64,000 nt of DNA from Callorhinchus milii (taxonomy: Eukaryota): positions 17,982,001-18,046,000 of the forward strand of contig NW_024704742.1 in NCBI RefSeq assembly GCF_018977255.1, read 5' to 3'. The notes beneath the pieces were generated by a model that saw nothing but the letters and a program-made list of their open reading frames with translations, had not been told where the DNA came from and ran no database searches. The first letter of the stretch is position 1, and every line of letters begins with the position of its first letter. Both the position numbers and the translations under genes were made by a program. Below, one piece after another: positions 13,899 to 24,997 of this stretch.

Positions 13899-14058
13899 CG
13901 TTATCCTGGAGGAGCAAATCCAAGTTTGGATACATTTACATACAACTGTGCACACTTTGATTTAATCCTGCAGAGAAGTAAATTGTGATTGAGCACAATG
14001 TTTTGTGATGCTTGATTTCAATGCAGGACTCCCGAAACAATGCCTTGTATTTTTTCTT

Positions 14059-15609
14059 TTAGAATTGAGTGCCATTTTCTGGGTTGTCTGTTGAAGAACT
14101 GAAAACAGGTTTGTCATCTTGCATTGCTTCTGGGGCCGGGGTAGACTCTTCATTTTCATCTGATGTCAACTGATCAAGGATGTCATAGGCCATCCTATAG
14201 ATATCCTCGTTTTCATGGAGTTGGAGCTGGTCAATCATTTGCAAACCTCCGCATTCTTCAATCTGGTGTGCTATGAGTTTCGTTTTATCGGTCGCTGTAT
14301 TAAGGATGTTACTTATTCCCTCGAGTACCACTAAAATTATCTGTGGGTCCACCATTGTAAGCAGGCTACAGAATGGAAATATCACATTCTGGTGGACCAG
14401 ATAATCAATCTGATCTTTTTGGCCAGAATTAGTTAGATTCGCTATCAGCCAAGCAGTTTCTTTCTGAACAGCAAAATCACTTTTGTCCATGAGATTTATA
14501 ATGAGAGGAATAAGGTTAGCATTGATCACGGCTTCTTCTTGTTGCTGGTTCCCGGCAGTCACATTGGACAGAAACCATGCTGCGTCCTTATTGACTTTTG
14601 TGTTCGGATGAGTGAGTAATGCTTGGAAGTGAGAAAGAGCTCCACAATTCAGGACTACTTGTGCTTGCTCATCAGTGCCCGTTACAATATTTCCTGCGGC
14701 TCGCAATGCTCCAGTCTGAACACTGATATCCTGGTGGCTGAAAAGCGGCACCAAGTAAGGAACTACTCCTGAATCTATAATCATCTGGATTTGTTCATTA
14801 TCACCATCTGTTATGTAGGAAAATATCAAAACCGTGTCTATCAAGATAGCAGTATCAGAGTGGTGGATAAGAGCACACAACTCTGGAAGGATTTCCTGTA
14901 CAACATTTTGGGATAAGGAAGGGTCCTTCCGTCGGCAGATATTTAGAATTACCCATGTGACTGTGCGAACAAAACTGAGGGACTTGGAAGGGTTGATGCA
15001 TGAAAGTAGCGGCTTTATCAACCCCAGGCCAATAATATAATCTCTAAATTTAGGCCCATCACTGATGATGTTGCCGATGGTCAGAAGCGCCTGTTCAGCA
15101 ACTTCCTCATACGTGGAGTCCAGCAACTTCAGGACAGATGGGACCACATTTGCCGTAATCACAGCTTCTGTGTTTTCAGCGGGACCATAAGCTATGTTTG
15201 CTAAAGTCCACGCTGCCTCTAGCTGTAACACATGGTTGTTGTCCTGTTGTATAAAGTGCACCAGAATTGGAAAAAATCCAGATTTGGTTATATCTTGAAT
15301 TGGTGGACCATAATTACTAGACATAAGTTCTCTGGCAGCTTTCAACCCACAGAGTTGAAGGTCTCGGTTATTGCTGGAAGTATTTCTTATGATTTCTTCT
15401 AGTGATGAGTTCTGGATTTTAAAGTCACTATCAAGCTCAGTATCTTCATCCCCTATTGGAACATTCCTTCGCTTTAAAAAGTGTTGGTCCCTTTTGATCT
15501 TTCTTAGTTCCACAACCAGCTCATTCTGTTGTCGTCTCACAGTCTCTAGATCACGCCCTTTTTTCTTGAAATTCCTTAGCCTTTGATTATCCAGTTTATT
15601 GTCTGCCAT
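14059..15609 (-). CDS. Intronless importin subunit alpha (KPNA4/importin-alpha3-like) retrogene, 516 aa, nested in an ABLIM2 intron
   Basis: Single uninterrupted ORF from ATG at 15609 (Kozak GAAAATGG) to TAA at 14059. N-terminus [25 protein letters not shown] with KRRNV, ARM repeats, IEECGGL...[10 protein letters not shown] and terminal ..QF are all colinear with KPNA4. No symbol given because it is a paralogous copy, not the multi-exon KPNA4 locus. Confidence 0.93.
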   Translation of the reverse strand: MADNKLDNQRLRNFKKKGRDLETVRRQQNELVVELRKIKRDQHFLKRRNVPIGDEDTELDSDFKIQNSSLEEIIRNTSSNNRDLQLCGLKAARELMSSNYGPPIQDITKSGFFPILVHFIQQDNNHVLQLEAAWTLANIAYGPAENTEAVITANVVPSVLKLLDSTYEEVAEQALLTIGNIISDGPKFRDYIIGLGLIKPLLSCINPSKSLSFVRTVTWVILNICRRKDPSLSQNVVQEILPELCALIHHSDTAILIDTVLIFSYITDGDNEQIQMIIDSGVVPYLVPLFSHQDISVQTGALRAAGNIVTGTDEQAQVVLNCGALSHFQALLTHPNTKVNKDAAWFLSNVTAGNQQQEEAVINANLIPLIINLMDKSDFAVQKETAWLIANLTNSGQKDQIDYLVHQNVIFPFCSLLTMVDPQIILVVLEGISNILNTATDKTKLIAHQIEECGGLQMIDQLQLHENEDIYRMAYDILDQLTSDENEESTPAPEAMQDDKPVFSSSTDNPENGTQF

Positions 15610-16415
15610 TTTCTTGCAGCTCGTTAGCGCCGATGGGTCGGTTTTAAAGAAAGACAAACAAATTAAAATGCCGTTAGGTTTTCTGTCCAATATTTCAAAA
15701 GCTTCTCTGGAATGGGTCACTCATTCTAACTTCTAAATGAAACAGAAGTGAATCACGACAATTTCAGAGATCATGATATTACTGCGAGGACTGTACAAAT
15801 AACAAATATGAAGTGGTGTTAATTCAAAGGACTCCCTCCTACTTACTTGCCTATGGCTGAGACTAGACTGTCATCACCTCAGCATTATGACAACATCTAA
15901 ATCAAGTCCCCCAACCAATCATACTTTATATTTCATCATAAGGATCGAGTTTTTCACTGCAACTCTTAGATTGGTTTGTGAAGGGCAAACCAATCAACCA
16001 GCTGGTAAACACTGCTCCTACTTAGTTAGAGCCTTTCAGTTTGGATGAGAAGATATCACAATTTCAAGACATCTTTCAAGACTAAAGAGCTCTAGCTTGT
16101 CCAATTACTGTTCATAGCTGATTTCTCTAATAATGGGGATCATCCTTGTTGTTCTCTTCTACACTGCCTGAATGTCATGGGAAGCCCCTTATATTGCAGT
16201 GACTAGAAATGTAATGCAGCACTCTTGGTTCAGCCTGATCAAAGCGCAATATAGCTTGAGAATGACATCTGGATATCTGACCTCTATTGATTTGGCAATA
16301 TAGCCCACCATCAAGTTTGCCTCATATTATTTGAATATGGCGAGCGATGAGTTAACTAACATCTAGATCTTTTTCTTCATGGTTTGTATGTGTGTCAGAC
16401 ATCTGGCTTACAGAA

Positions 16416-16484
16416 CCAGTAACCAAAAATCCTACAGCACCAGTAACCCAAAATGACTTACAGTAACCAAAAATCCTCTGGCAC
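16416..16484. repeat. Three imperfect copies of a ~22-24-bp unit
   Basis: cagtaaccaaaaatcct / cagtaacccaaaatgac / cagtaaccaaaaatcct. Confidence 0.7.
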
Positions 16485-18761
16485 AATTTTTATTCCTGTA
16501 GCTGTTCTACTGAGTTTTGCTTTTGAATCTCTCGTGTCATAGTGTCACTGTTAATGACATTGAACGTGGTATTCCTGGTGTCTAATGTTTCTGTAAGGAG
16601 AGTAGGAAAATTTGCTTTTCTTTCAGATGAACAACCAATGAATGATGGATGGAATATCCTTAGGAAAAAGACTGTTTAGTGTACAATGGTGCCAATTTGC
16701 CAAGTTAGCAAGTCAGTGATTTTACCCATGTTTAATTGGACTCATAACAATATAAACAAAACTGCAATGATTCTATCCCATGGCACTATTGGAAAAGAGA
16801 AGGGAGTTTCTCCCAGTGTTCTGGCCAACAAATCCCCCAAATGAAATTGGCCACTCACTCAATGACTTGTTTATGGGACACTGCTGTGCACAAAACTGGC
16901 TGTCGCATTTCACACACAAACATACAGTAATTAATTCCACTTTACAGTATATCCTGTGAAGCACTTTGAGATGTCTCAATGATGTGATAAAGAACTATAT
17001 CAAATGCAAGGATTATTATTGCTATAAAAAACACAACATAAAAATTTCACAAAACTGACAAAGTATACAAAGAGAGATTATATTTAGCAGTAGCGATACA
17101 TTCAGTGTGCCCTGGGTGACATCACTGAAAAAATGACCTAACAAAGCATTTTTGAGCTGAGCTGATAATTCTGAATCACTGAGCCACACCAGGTGTCTGC
17201 TCAGTCTTGAAGTATATTTGTCCCAGAAAATGTTTTCAGCTGACAAAGACCAACCTCAATTAGGATCTTGTACTGCATGAAAATTGGTCGAAGCTGCTTT
17301 ATTAAAAGCTATTTTAACAACAGCAACTTGCCTTTATAGAGTGCCCTTCACATAGGATTACATCTTGGAATGCTTGGTCACTAATGCAAGAGGCATTTTC
17401 TGACAAGAATCTAGCAAATAACAAAATATATTTGAGAAGTAGCAACCACCTGGGTCTAGAATTATTCTATTTACTTGACAGTTCATAGGGTAAATTTTGT
17501 AAATTTGGTATTTTGTAAATTGGAATTTGGTAAATTGGTGAATTTGGTTAAGCTGTTTTTTTTGTACTTCCCAAAAGAACTGGCTTCTGAATTAAGGTTA
17601 TATTCAAGAATTTGTCAATTTCTTGACACTAGAATACTAAATAAATCGAATAAATCTTAGATCTGGGAAGAATTTCTCCCCCATTGTCTATTCCCATTTG
17701 TATTGGATATGTGTCATAAAATGGATGATTCCTTACATTTACCTTTACATTTGAGGCTTCCTCTCCCAATATAGCTTTTAATCTGAGGTGGAAGAACAGC
17801 TAAAGGACAGTCATGTCAATTGAGCAAATTTTGAATTCCATCAAATCTACTGCATGCTTTAGCAGCCATGTTTCAACGGATTCTAATAAATTGTGCATTT
17901 GAACTCCTGTCCACATCGGACAGAGCTCAGGACACCATCATTGTCTGGGGAAGTGTTCCAAATACAGGAGATGTTGCATAAATATTTCAAATTGGCTTCT
18001 GGAGGCCGCTTGGATTCATAGACCTCCAGCACTCCTGTGTTCCTGCCATAATCAAACAGATGTTTCAACCAGAAAATGTATCAAGGTTTTTCTTGGATGT
18101 TGCACTCACTGAGGCTATTTTTCTAATTCTGCCACTATTCTTGTCTCTGCTACACACATGTGGTACATTCCTCACTGTGGTAAACACAACAACAAAAAAA
18201 CACTGAAGTAAACAAAAATAAAAAAAAACATAAACCCAATGCCATCAACTCCAAAACCAGTTTGTAATCTGATTCATTATAAACTTATTGTGAATACTCC
18301 CCTGATAGTTCAGTTGCATTGGTACTGCTATCTAATCTAACAATAATAATAATAACTGATATCTAATATGTGAGTTTTGCTAATCATATGTAAATATAGG
18401 AACACAATGCGAATTAAGAACTATTGGAAAGGAACACACAATTATTATTTTTTAATTTATTTAAAAAGTTAAAGGCATTTCTGATTCCCTCCGCACACAT
18501 ACTTGCTATTTTTTGATTAGACACGTGTCCGACACATGTGAAAACCCATCACCTTGCTTAAAACTATCCAAACCAATCCAATCCAAATGCCTACGTATTG
18601 TTGCCATATGTTGCAAATTATCCCCCACTGTTTATATGTCCAATTTAAATTCAGCCATGCTGTACCAGCTCTGGGAATATGCAGGAAACCAGCCAATCCA
18701 CACCGGAAATCAGAGTGCACTTACCGTAACCACATGTCCTCAGAATACCCATGCTCTAAGG

Positions 18762-19092
18762 AAACCTCTAGCCTTATAATGGGGTCACTCTGCAAAGCAG
18801 CCAGGGTTTTACTCCAACCTCTCTGCTGAATACTGTGCGAGAATGTGGGATTGTGTGTTTGTGTATGTGTGTGCATCGAAGTGTACCCTGGTGCAGAGAA
18901 GATTGGGCACAGTGACACCCACTGTCCGCAATGGTCATTTGGGGGATTATACTGTTGGTTGGATGCACGGCTTGAACCTGTGGACCTTTCTACCAGCATG
19001 GATCAGCTTTTTCAAAATAAGAAGTCTGAACATATGAAGCAGTAAAATCTTGGCTGCTTTGCAGAGTGATCTAATTATAAGGGTAGAGGTTT
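18762..19092. repeat. 52-bp inverted repeat pair (MITE/foldback-like)
   Basis: 18762-18813 versus the reverse complement of 19041-19092: 46/52 identical by manual alignment. Confidence 0.8.
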
Positions 19093-20306
19093 GTGATCCT
19101 GAGATACGAGGGCTGGAGGTCACCATCTCAAGCTTCAGACTCTGGGACAGGGAAATGTTTCAATTCTTGGGCGTCTGCACAGGTGATCTAGTAACCTGCT
19201 GGAGACCTCAGGACACAGTGAGTGCAGGCTGACTGTATCTGGTAAAAGGGCATTGCAAGGTTATATCTTGGATATTCTGTGATTCTGTCTGCAGGCGTTT
19301 AATGCGCCAGAGAAATGGATTTTAATGCTGTTCTATTCTTGTTTCAAGGGCCTAAATAAGATGTAAGGCAGCTCTTGGCAAGAACGAGAAGGATATTATG
19401 TGCAGACACACAACAGTGGCATTTGAGGCTTTGTTACAGTAAATATAGGTCATGAAGCACTTATTCCCACTAAACGCCTGTCGTCAACATAACCCTCCTC
19501 TTTCTATGGTTCCTAGATTAATTCTACTTAGAATTTGTTTTGGACCCTTGCAAGTTGCTAAGCAACAGCATAGCATCTGTGAAGAAATGAACCTGTCAGT
19601 GGGATGGTCATACATAGGTTGAGTATTGCTGATTGTATTAGTACTGTGGGACCTACAATACAACAACAAATTGTGTTGTTATAGGGCCTTCACGCATGGT
19701 TTGTTCCTTATTCTTGAGAAGGAATTCCCTTTTCATTTTGCCCAAGGTAAGAACACCTTGAACACTTGGGCACTGCAGGTTGGGTGTGAGTTCAATCCAG
19801 GGAAAAATCACATTGAATTGAAACCAAAAAAAAGCCATTTGATTTCCATTTTAGATCATTGGAAACTGGTACAATACAATGAGTTCAAATCGTCATTTAA
19901 TTCACAACATTGCAAAATTTAATTTGGAGAGAAGAAGACAGCAAAATGATCCTGGATGTGTCAGTGCAAATGTAAACTAAAGATCATGTTGTATAAAAGA
20001 GATAATTTTTTGCATTAATTGGGACCAGCTCTATACACAGATAATTGGTCATCAGGCGAAAAAAATTGGCTATGATGCTAACCAAAAAGTTTTTCCGTCA
20101 GGAGCTACACCATACACGGTAGACCCTTACTGCACGCTTCACTCTCTCGGCCACTCATTTTGCCAATTATTTCTCTTCAACTCTCCGAGCACCTCTCAGA
20201 GCAACTTCAGCAACTGTGAAGGAGAGGGAGGGACCTATCACAATAAGGGTAATAAGCAAGTTCCCCTTTGCCATTCCCCATCATTTTATGCAGATGTTTT
20301 ACTTAC

Positions 20307-20490
20307 CTGCAAACAGCACACACAAAGCACTTTGGGTGGTAGGTCTTCCCCAAAGCTGACACCACCTCGCCCTCTATAAATTCATTGCAGCTGAAGCAAC
20401 GTGTCCCATACAGTCTCTGATAGTCAGCGGTGCAGATATATTCCCCTCGCCTCACAAAAAATCCACCTTCGGCCAAGTCACATCCACACA
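20307..20490 (-). CDS. ABLIM2: ABLIM2 coding exon (exon 3 equivalent), end of LIM1 and start of LIM2
   Basis: ttctctccag|TGTGTGGA...TGCAG|gtaagt; 184 bp, phase 1-2. Encodes CGCDLAEGGFFVRRGEYICTADYQRLYGTRCFSCNEFIEGEVVSALGKTYHPKCFVCAVC, nearly identical to recalled ABLIM2. Confidence 0.96.
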
Positions 20491-23400
20491 CTGGAGAGAA
20501 AAATAAACATAGAAAGAGGTCAATCCAAATCTCAAACCAGTCTTATATTGCCAGGTAAGTCCCAACGTTTTGATCTGGGTATATTTTTTCAATCCCATTT
20601 AAAATTTTGTTCACCTCAATGAGGTCCCTTCTGGATCGTCTTCCCTCAAGACTCAACTTGCCTAGTCATTGCTCATAGCTCATTCATTAGGGATCATCCA
20701 CATTGCTTTCCTCTGTACCATCTCGAAGACCTAGGCAACCCCATTATTTTGTGGTGATTAAAACTGTTTGCAGTATTCAGGGTGCAGTCTATACCACCTG
20801 AGAACGACGTCTGGGGATCTAAACTCGACTGATTTAGTAATATAGCCCAGCATCCTGTTTGCCTTGTTTACTGTTGCCTCACATTGTTTTGAGATAGTGA
20901 ACTTCACAGTAAAGGCTGTGAAGCGCTTTGAGACATCTTTGTGATGTGAAACAGGATATCTGATAGAGGTAAGGCCAACACATCTACCAGATGATAGAAA
21001 TGTAAGTAGCTAAATGAGCAAATTTAATAACCGTTGGTGGTAGCAATTCCTCCTGCTACCAACAATCTGAAAATCATATTCTTTGTACAAAAGCATTATA
21101 CAAAGAAGGCTGTTGTGGAAAATCTTATTTCCAATTAATCAGAGGCACAATGGACTGGTATAATGGAGTGCATAATACTGAGGATTTTCTTTCCTTTAAA
21201 CTAGCAGTTCAAAACTTGATATTGGTTTTATATTTAATATTGATTAGGGCAGTAATGTGGAATCAGTGGCATTAATGTGGAAACATTGGTATAGAAACAT
21301 AAACATTTTCAGGACAAAAGGAGACCATTGTGTGTTTTTACAAAGAATACACAGCACAGAAACAGACCACTTGGCCCATCCAGTCTGTGCCAGTGTTTGT
21401 ACTCCACACAGGTTGTCACCTTCTATTCCTCTCTCCTTCATGTGAAGTACTAACTTCCTCTTGAATTCAACTATCACTTCAGGCAAAGATGTTAATCCCA
21501 CTTTCCCCATATCCCTTGATCTCTTTATTTTTTGGGTGCTTATTTAGTTTCCTTTTAAATGATCCAGTCTTATGAAATCTACCCTAAAGACCTTCTGGGG
21601 GAAGAAGTTCCTTTTAACTTGTCCCCCAATATTTATACTAACAATCCTGAGACTGTTCCCTCATCACAATTTCTCCAACTGAAGGATGTTGTTTTTCTCT
21701 ATTTTGTTCAACCCCATTAGTTTTTAAACACCTCTTTCATATCCTCTCTTAATCTCCCCTGTTCCCTTGAAAACAATCCTCAAATTAGTCATCCTCGTTT
21801 CATATGTCAATTGGCATCAACCTCGTGAATTTCTATTGTACCCTCTATAAATCTAAGAGTGAACAAACTAAAAGTGAACAAGTTATTCCAAATGGGATGT
21901 ACCAATATCTGATACAATTCCAACATGTTTGGGTTGAGGAGAAAATTAAGAAAGCAAGAGTAAAAGACCTTCTCCGTTGAGAAAGAAATGATAGACGAGT
22001 AACAAATAAATGTGCAATTTTGTTTTTAAACATATTATTCTTGAGTTACAAAAATATTTACAATGACACAACTAGTAACAAACCTCAGCTATCAAGTATT
22101 CCAATTTTACAATTCAGAAATGAGGATAGTGGGAGCTGAATTAATGGAATGCTGTATTGGATTAGTACAGAACAAAGACCCTTTTTGTTATTTACTAGAA
22201 CTGAAAAGGCTGGTTGCACACAGCAATTAATTCCATTGCTGTGCTTTACTTTGACATCCTATCTCCAACAGTATGTTAAATTCCTCTATTAGATGAACTT
22301 AGCAATAAAAAACACTTACCAAATAATGCATGTTAAAAATATCAACACCAATCTGTCCCATAATTTACTCAAAACAATTTATGCTGGTGTCCAGCTTCTT
22401 CAAACAAATGCTTGTCAGTGGCAACATTTTGTTTAGTTACAAAAAATAGTTCCCAAGTACTGCATGTCAAAATGGTAATTGACATACACAACTGGAGGTG
22501 CTTAACTGTATCACACTGCTGAGCAGAATGAAGTTTGATGGTGTAACATACGCACTTCATCAACATTAATGCTGCCACAAGACATGATTTATTGGAAACT
22601 ATTCCTCACATTTATCCCCCTACACAGCTTTTTTCACTGGCAGCTGATTGCTGGTAATAGCAAGAAAGATGTTTTTTCAGAAACCAGTTTTACAGCTTTA
22701 ATGCCTGGTGAGGGAATCTGATTATACACCCACTGACAACGAGTAAGGGGTTAAATTCTTGGGGTGGAATGGGCAATCATGCCAATAATAAATCTGTCAA
22801 TTATCTATGCAGGTCATTTTCCTCTTAAAATTAAAATTAAAGATTAAAATATGTAAATGACCGAGCTTTGGGCTATTTGGATGTAATATATTAGAATTAT
22901 ATGGTCTACCTTGAGTTGGCCCTATCTCCAGTCTCACTTTCTAAATGGATTGGTACTTCCGCAAACTTGGCAGCAATGTTACACTTCAGTCCCTTGGACG
23001 CCAATTGCTTATGGTCAGCATTGATGGAAGAGGAAATGCAATCTAGGATTAGTCCAAGAGTAATATCTTGGCATATTGTTAAATTATACTGTAAAATATG
23101 TTGGCTGAAATTATGTACCTCACTGTAAATAATTTTCACAATTTCTGCTAAGTCATGGCATGATCTGCTCTGCTTGTGTCAGAGATTTGTTTTAATGAGT
23201 CTGCTGGCTTCATGTACTCACCAGATGTTGGCAAATTTCAGCCTTTTGAAAGCATTTGTGAGATTAGATAATAAATCTATCGATACTAGAAAACAAAAGA
23301 TCAACTATAATAAATTGGGCTTGCTTCACAAATCATTGTATTTGGTTACTAGATTTAATCTCATCCAGCACCCACTGACATTTATCCTCTTCTCATTAAT

Positions 23401-24997
23401 TAGGTCATGCATCCATCAAGTAATAACTGGTGGCACTGAATTATTTTTAATGGCAATGCTGCAAAAGAGCACATCTCCAGGTAATAAAGCTAATTTGCAA
23501 TGATATCACTGTACAGCATATTGAAAATATGTTTTTTTTAAAAAATCAGAAACACATTGAGAAATTTTATTTAACAATTATTTCTTTTGCAGGAAAGAAC
23601 GACTTATAAAATCAGCAGGACCAGTTTTACAATGTGAAGTATCATGTATGTTTTCACTGAGAAGAGGGTCTTTTCTTTGAGATTGGTGGTCGTGTACTGG
23701 TGAATTATTTCCTATTTTGCACTTCAGAGATTTACACTCGAGCCCCAGCAGTTATTGACATACTTAACACGTCAATCCCCATTTCCACCACACCCAACAG
23801 CGCAGTGATTCCTTAGCCATCTGCTATTCTATTCTGGCTGCAGAATTTCCGGGCAATGAACTCCAAAGTATTTTCTCAATGTAGTTGCAACCAAGATGTC
23901 ATAGATATTAATCCTCAGTGTGAACATCATGTATCATTCAGAGCACTGGTCATCAGTATCACTGTATACCAAATGTAGGTGCAAAGTCTGTATTAAATAA
24001 TCATTTCAAATTAATGGTATATATTTTTAAATGTATCATAATGTAAAACAATTTCAGATTTTAAGTAATCCAATATTATAGTTCAGGTAATGAGCAGAAC
24101 AAGCAAAGCTTTGATCTTGCAGTTTATAATAATACCGGGATCACATTAATGCCTTTCTTTATTCCAAGATAACCATTATTCTCAACAAATTATAATTTGA
24201 AGATAACCAAAGTTCACCTTGCAATATAAATTATCCTATGTAAAAGGAAACAAAATTTTCAGAAACTACAAGGAATTTTCAGCATGATTATTGCACAGAT
24301 TACATTCTTTAACTGTTATATACCTGCTAAGAAAATATTGTTAACCCTACGTTCTCCTCAATGGAAAAAAAAACAATGTTAGTCCTATACAGTCTGGTTT
24401 AGCATTTGAAACATCAGTTTCCAATCATTGATTTAAACAACAAAGAAATATCAATCAGCTCTGTAACATTTTCCTTGCTAGCATTTCTGGCATTCGCTAA
24501 ACATATTAGCTTGTCTGTGACTATCTCCAACCACCCCCTTAACTACCAATGTTTTGACTCTCACTCTATCTCTGTAAAGCACTTTCAAGCATTCTTCTAC
24601 AAGAAAAGCTGTTCATAAGTACAAGTTGTTCTTTCTCTATTTGTGCAATGACAAGTAGTTTCTTTGAGATAGTGGGGAACAGTGGAGGGTGTTGAAAACA
24701 TACAATACAATCCTTATAGAAACAATACATTCATCTATGAGATTTATTTTGAGAGTATCTTCACGCCTATAAGAGCTCGCACATTTTCCTCTCACTGACT
24801 CTGCCTTATGGTCACATCTCCTGTTCCTGAAATAGCGGAGCAAGGCTGGCCAGCAACAGTCTTGTCCAGGAGCCCCAGTCATGGTGTCAGGATGAGTCCT
24901 CCATGCTCGGGCCCCGACACCTGACTGTTCAGCGCTTTGGGAAGTCCTCCCAACATGAAAGGCGCTCTATAAATGTTATTTTGTTGTTGTTGTTGTA

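Noticed and set aside
14059..15609. Calling this the canonical KPNA4 gene or a dead processed pseudogene
   Set aside because: It is intronless and too divergent for the canonical locus, yet has no disabling mutation.
15610..15720. 37-aa N-terminal extension of the importin ORF given by the ORF track
   Set aside because: It starts at GTG and has no importin similarity; the homologous start with a strong Kozak context is the ATG at 15609.
16416..16484. CRISPR-like or regularly spaced array (also 63240-63342)
   Set aside because: Only 2-3 degenerate units without unique spacers, in vertebrate intronic DNA.
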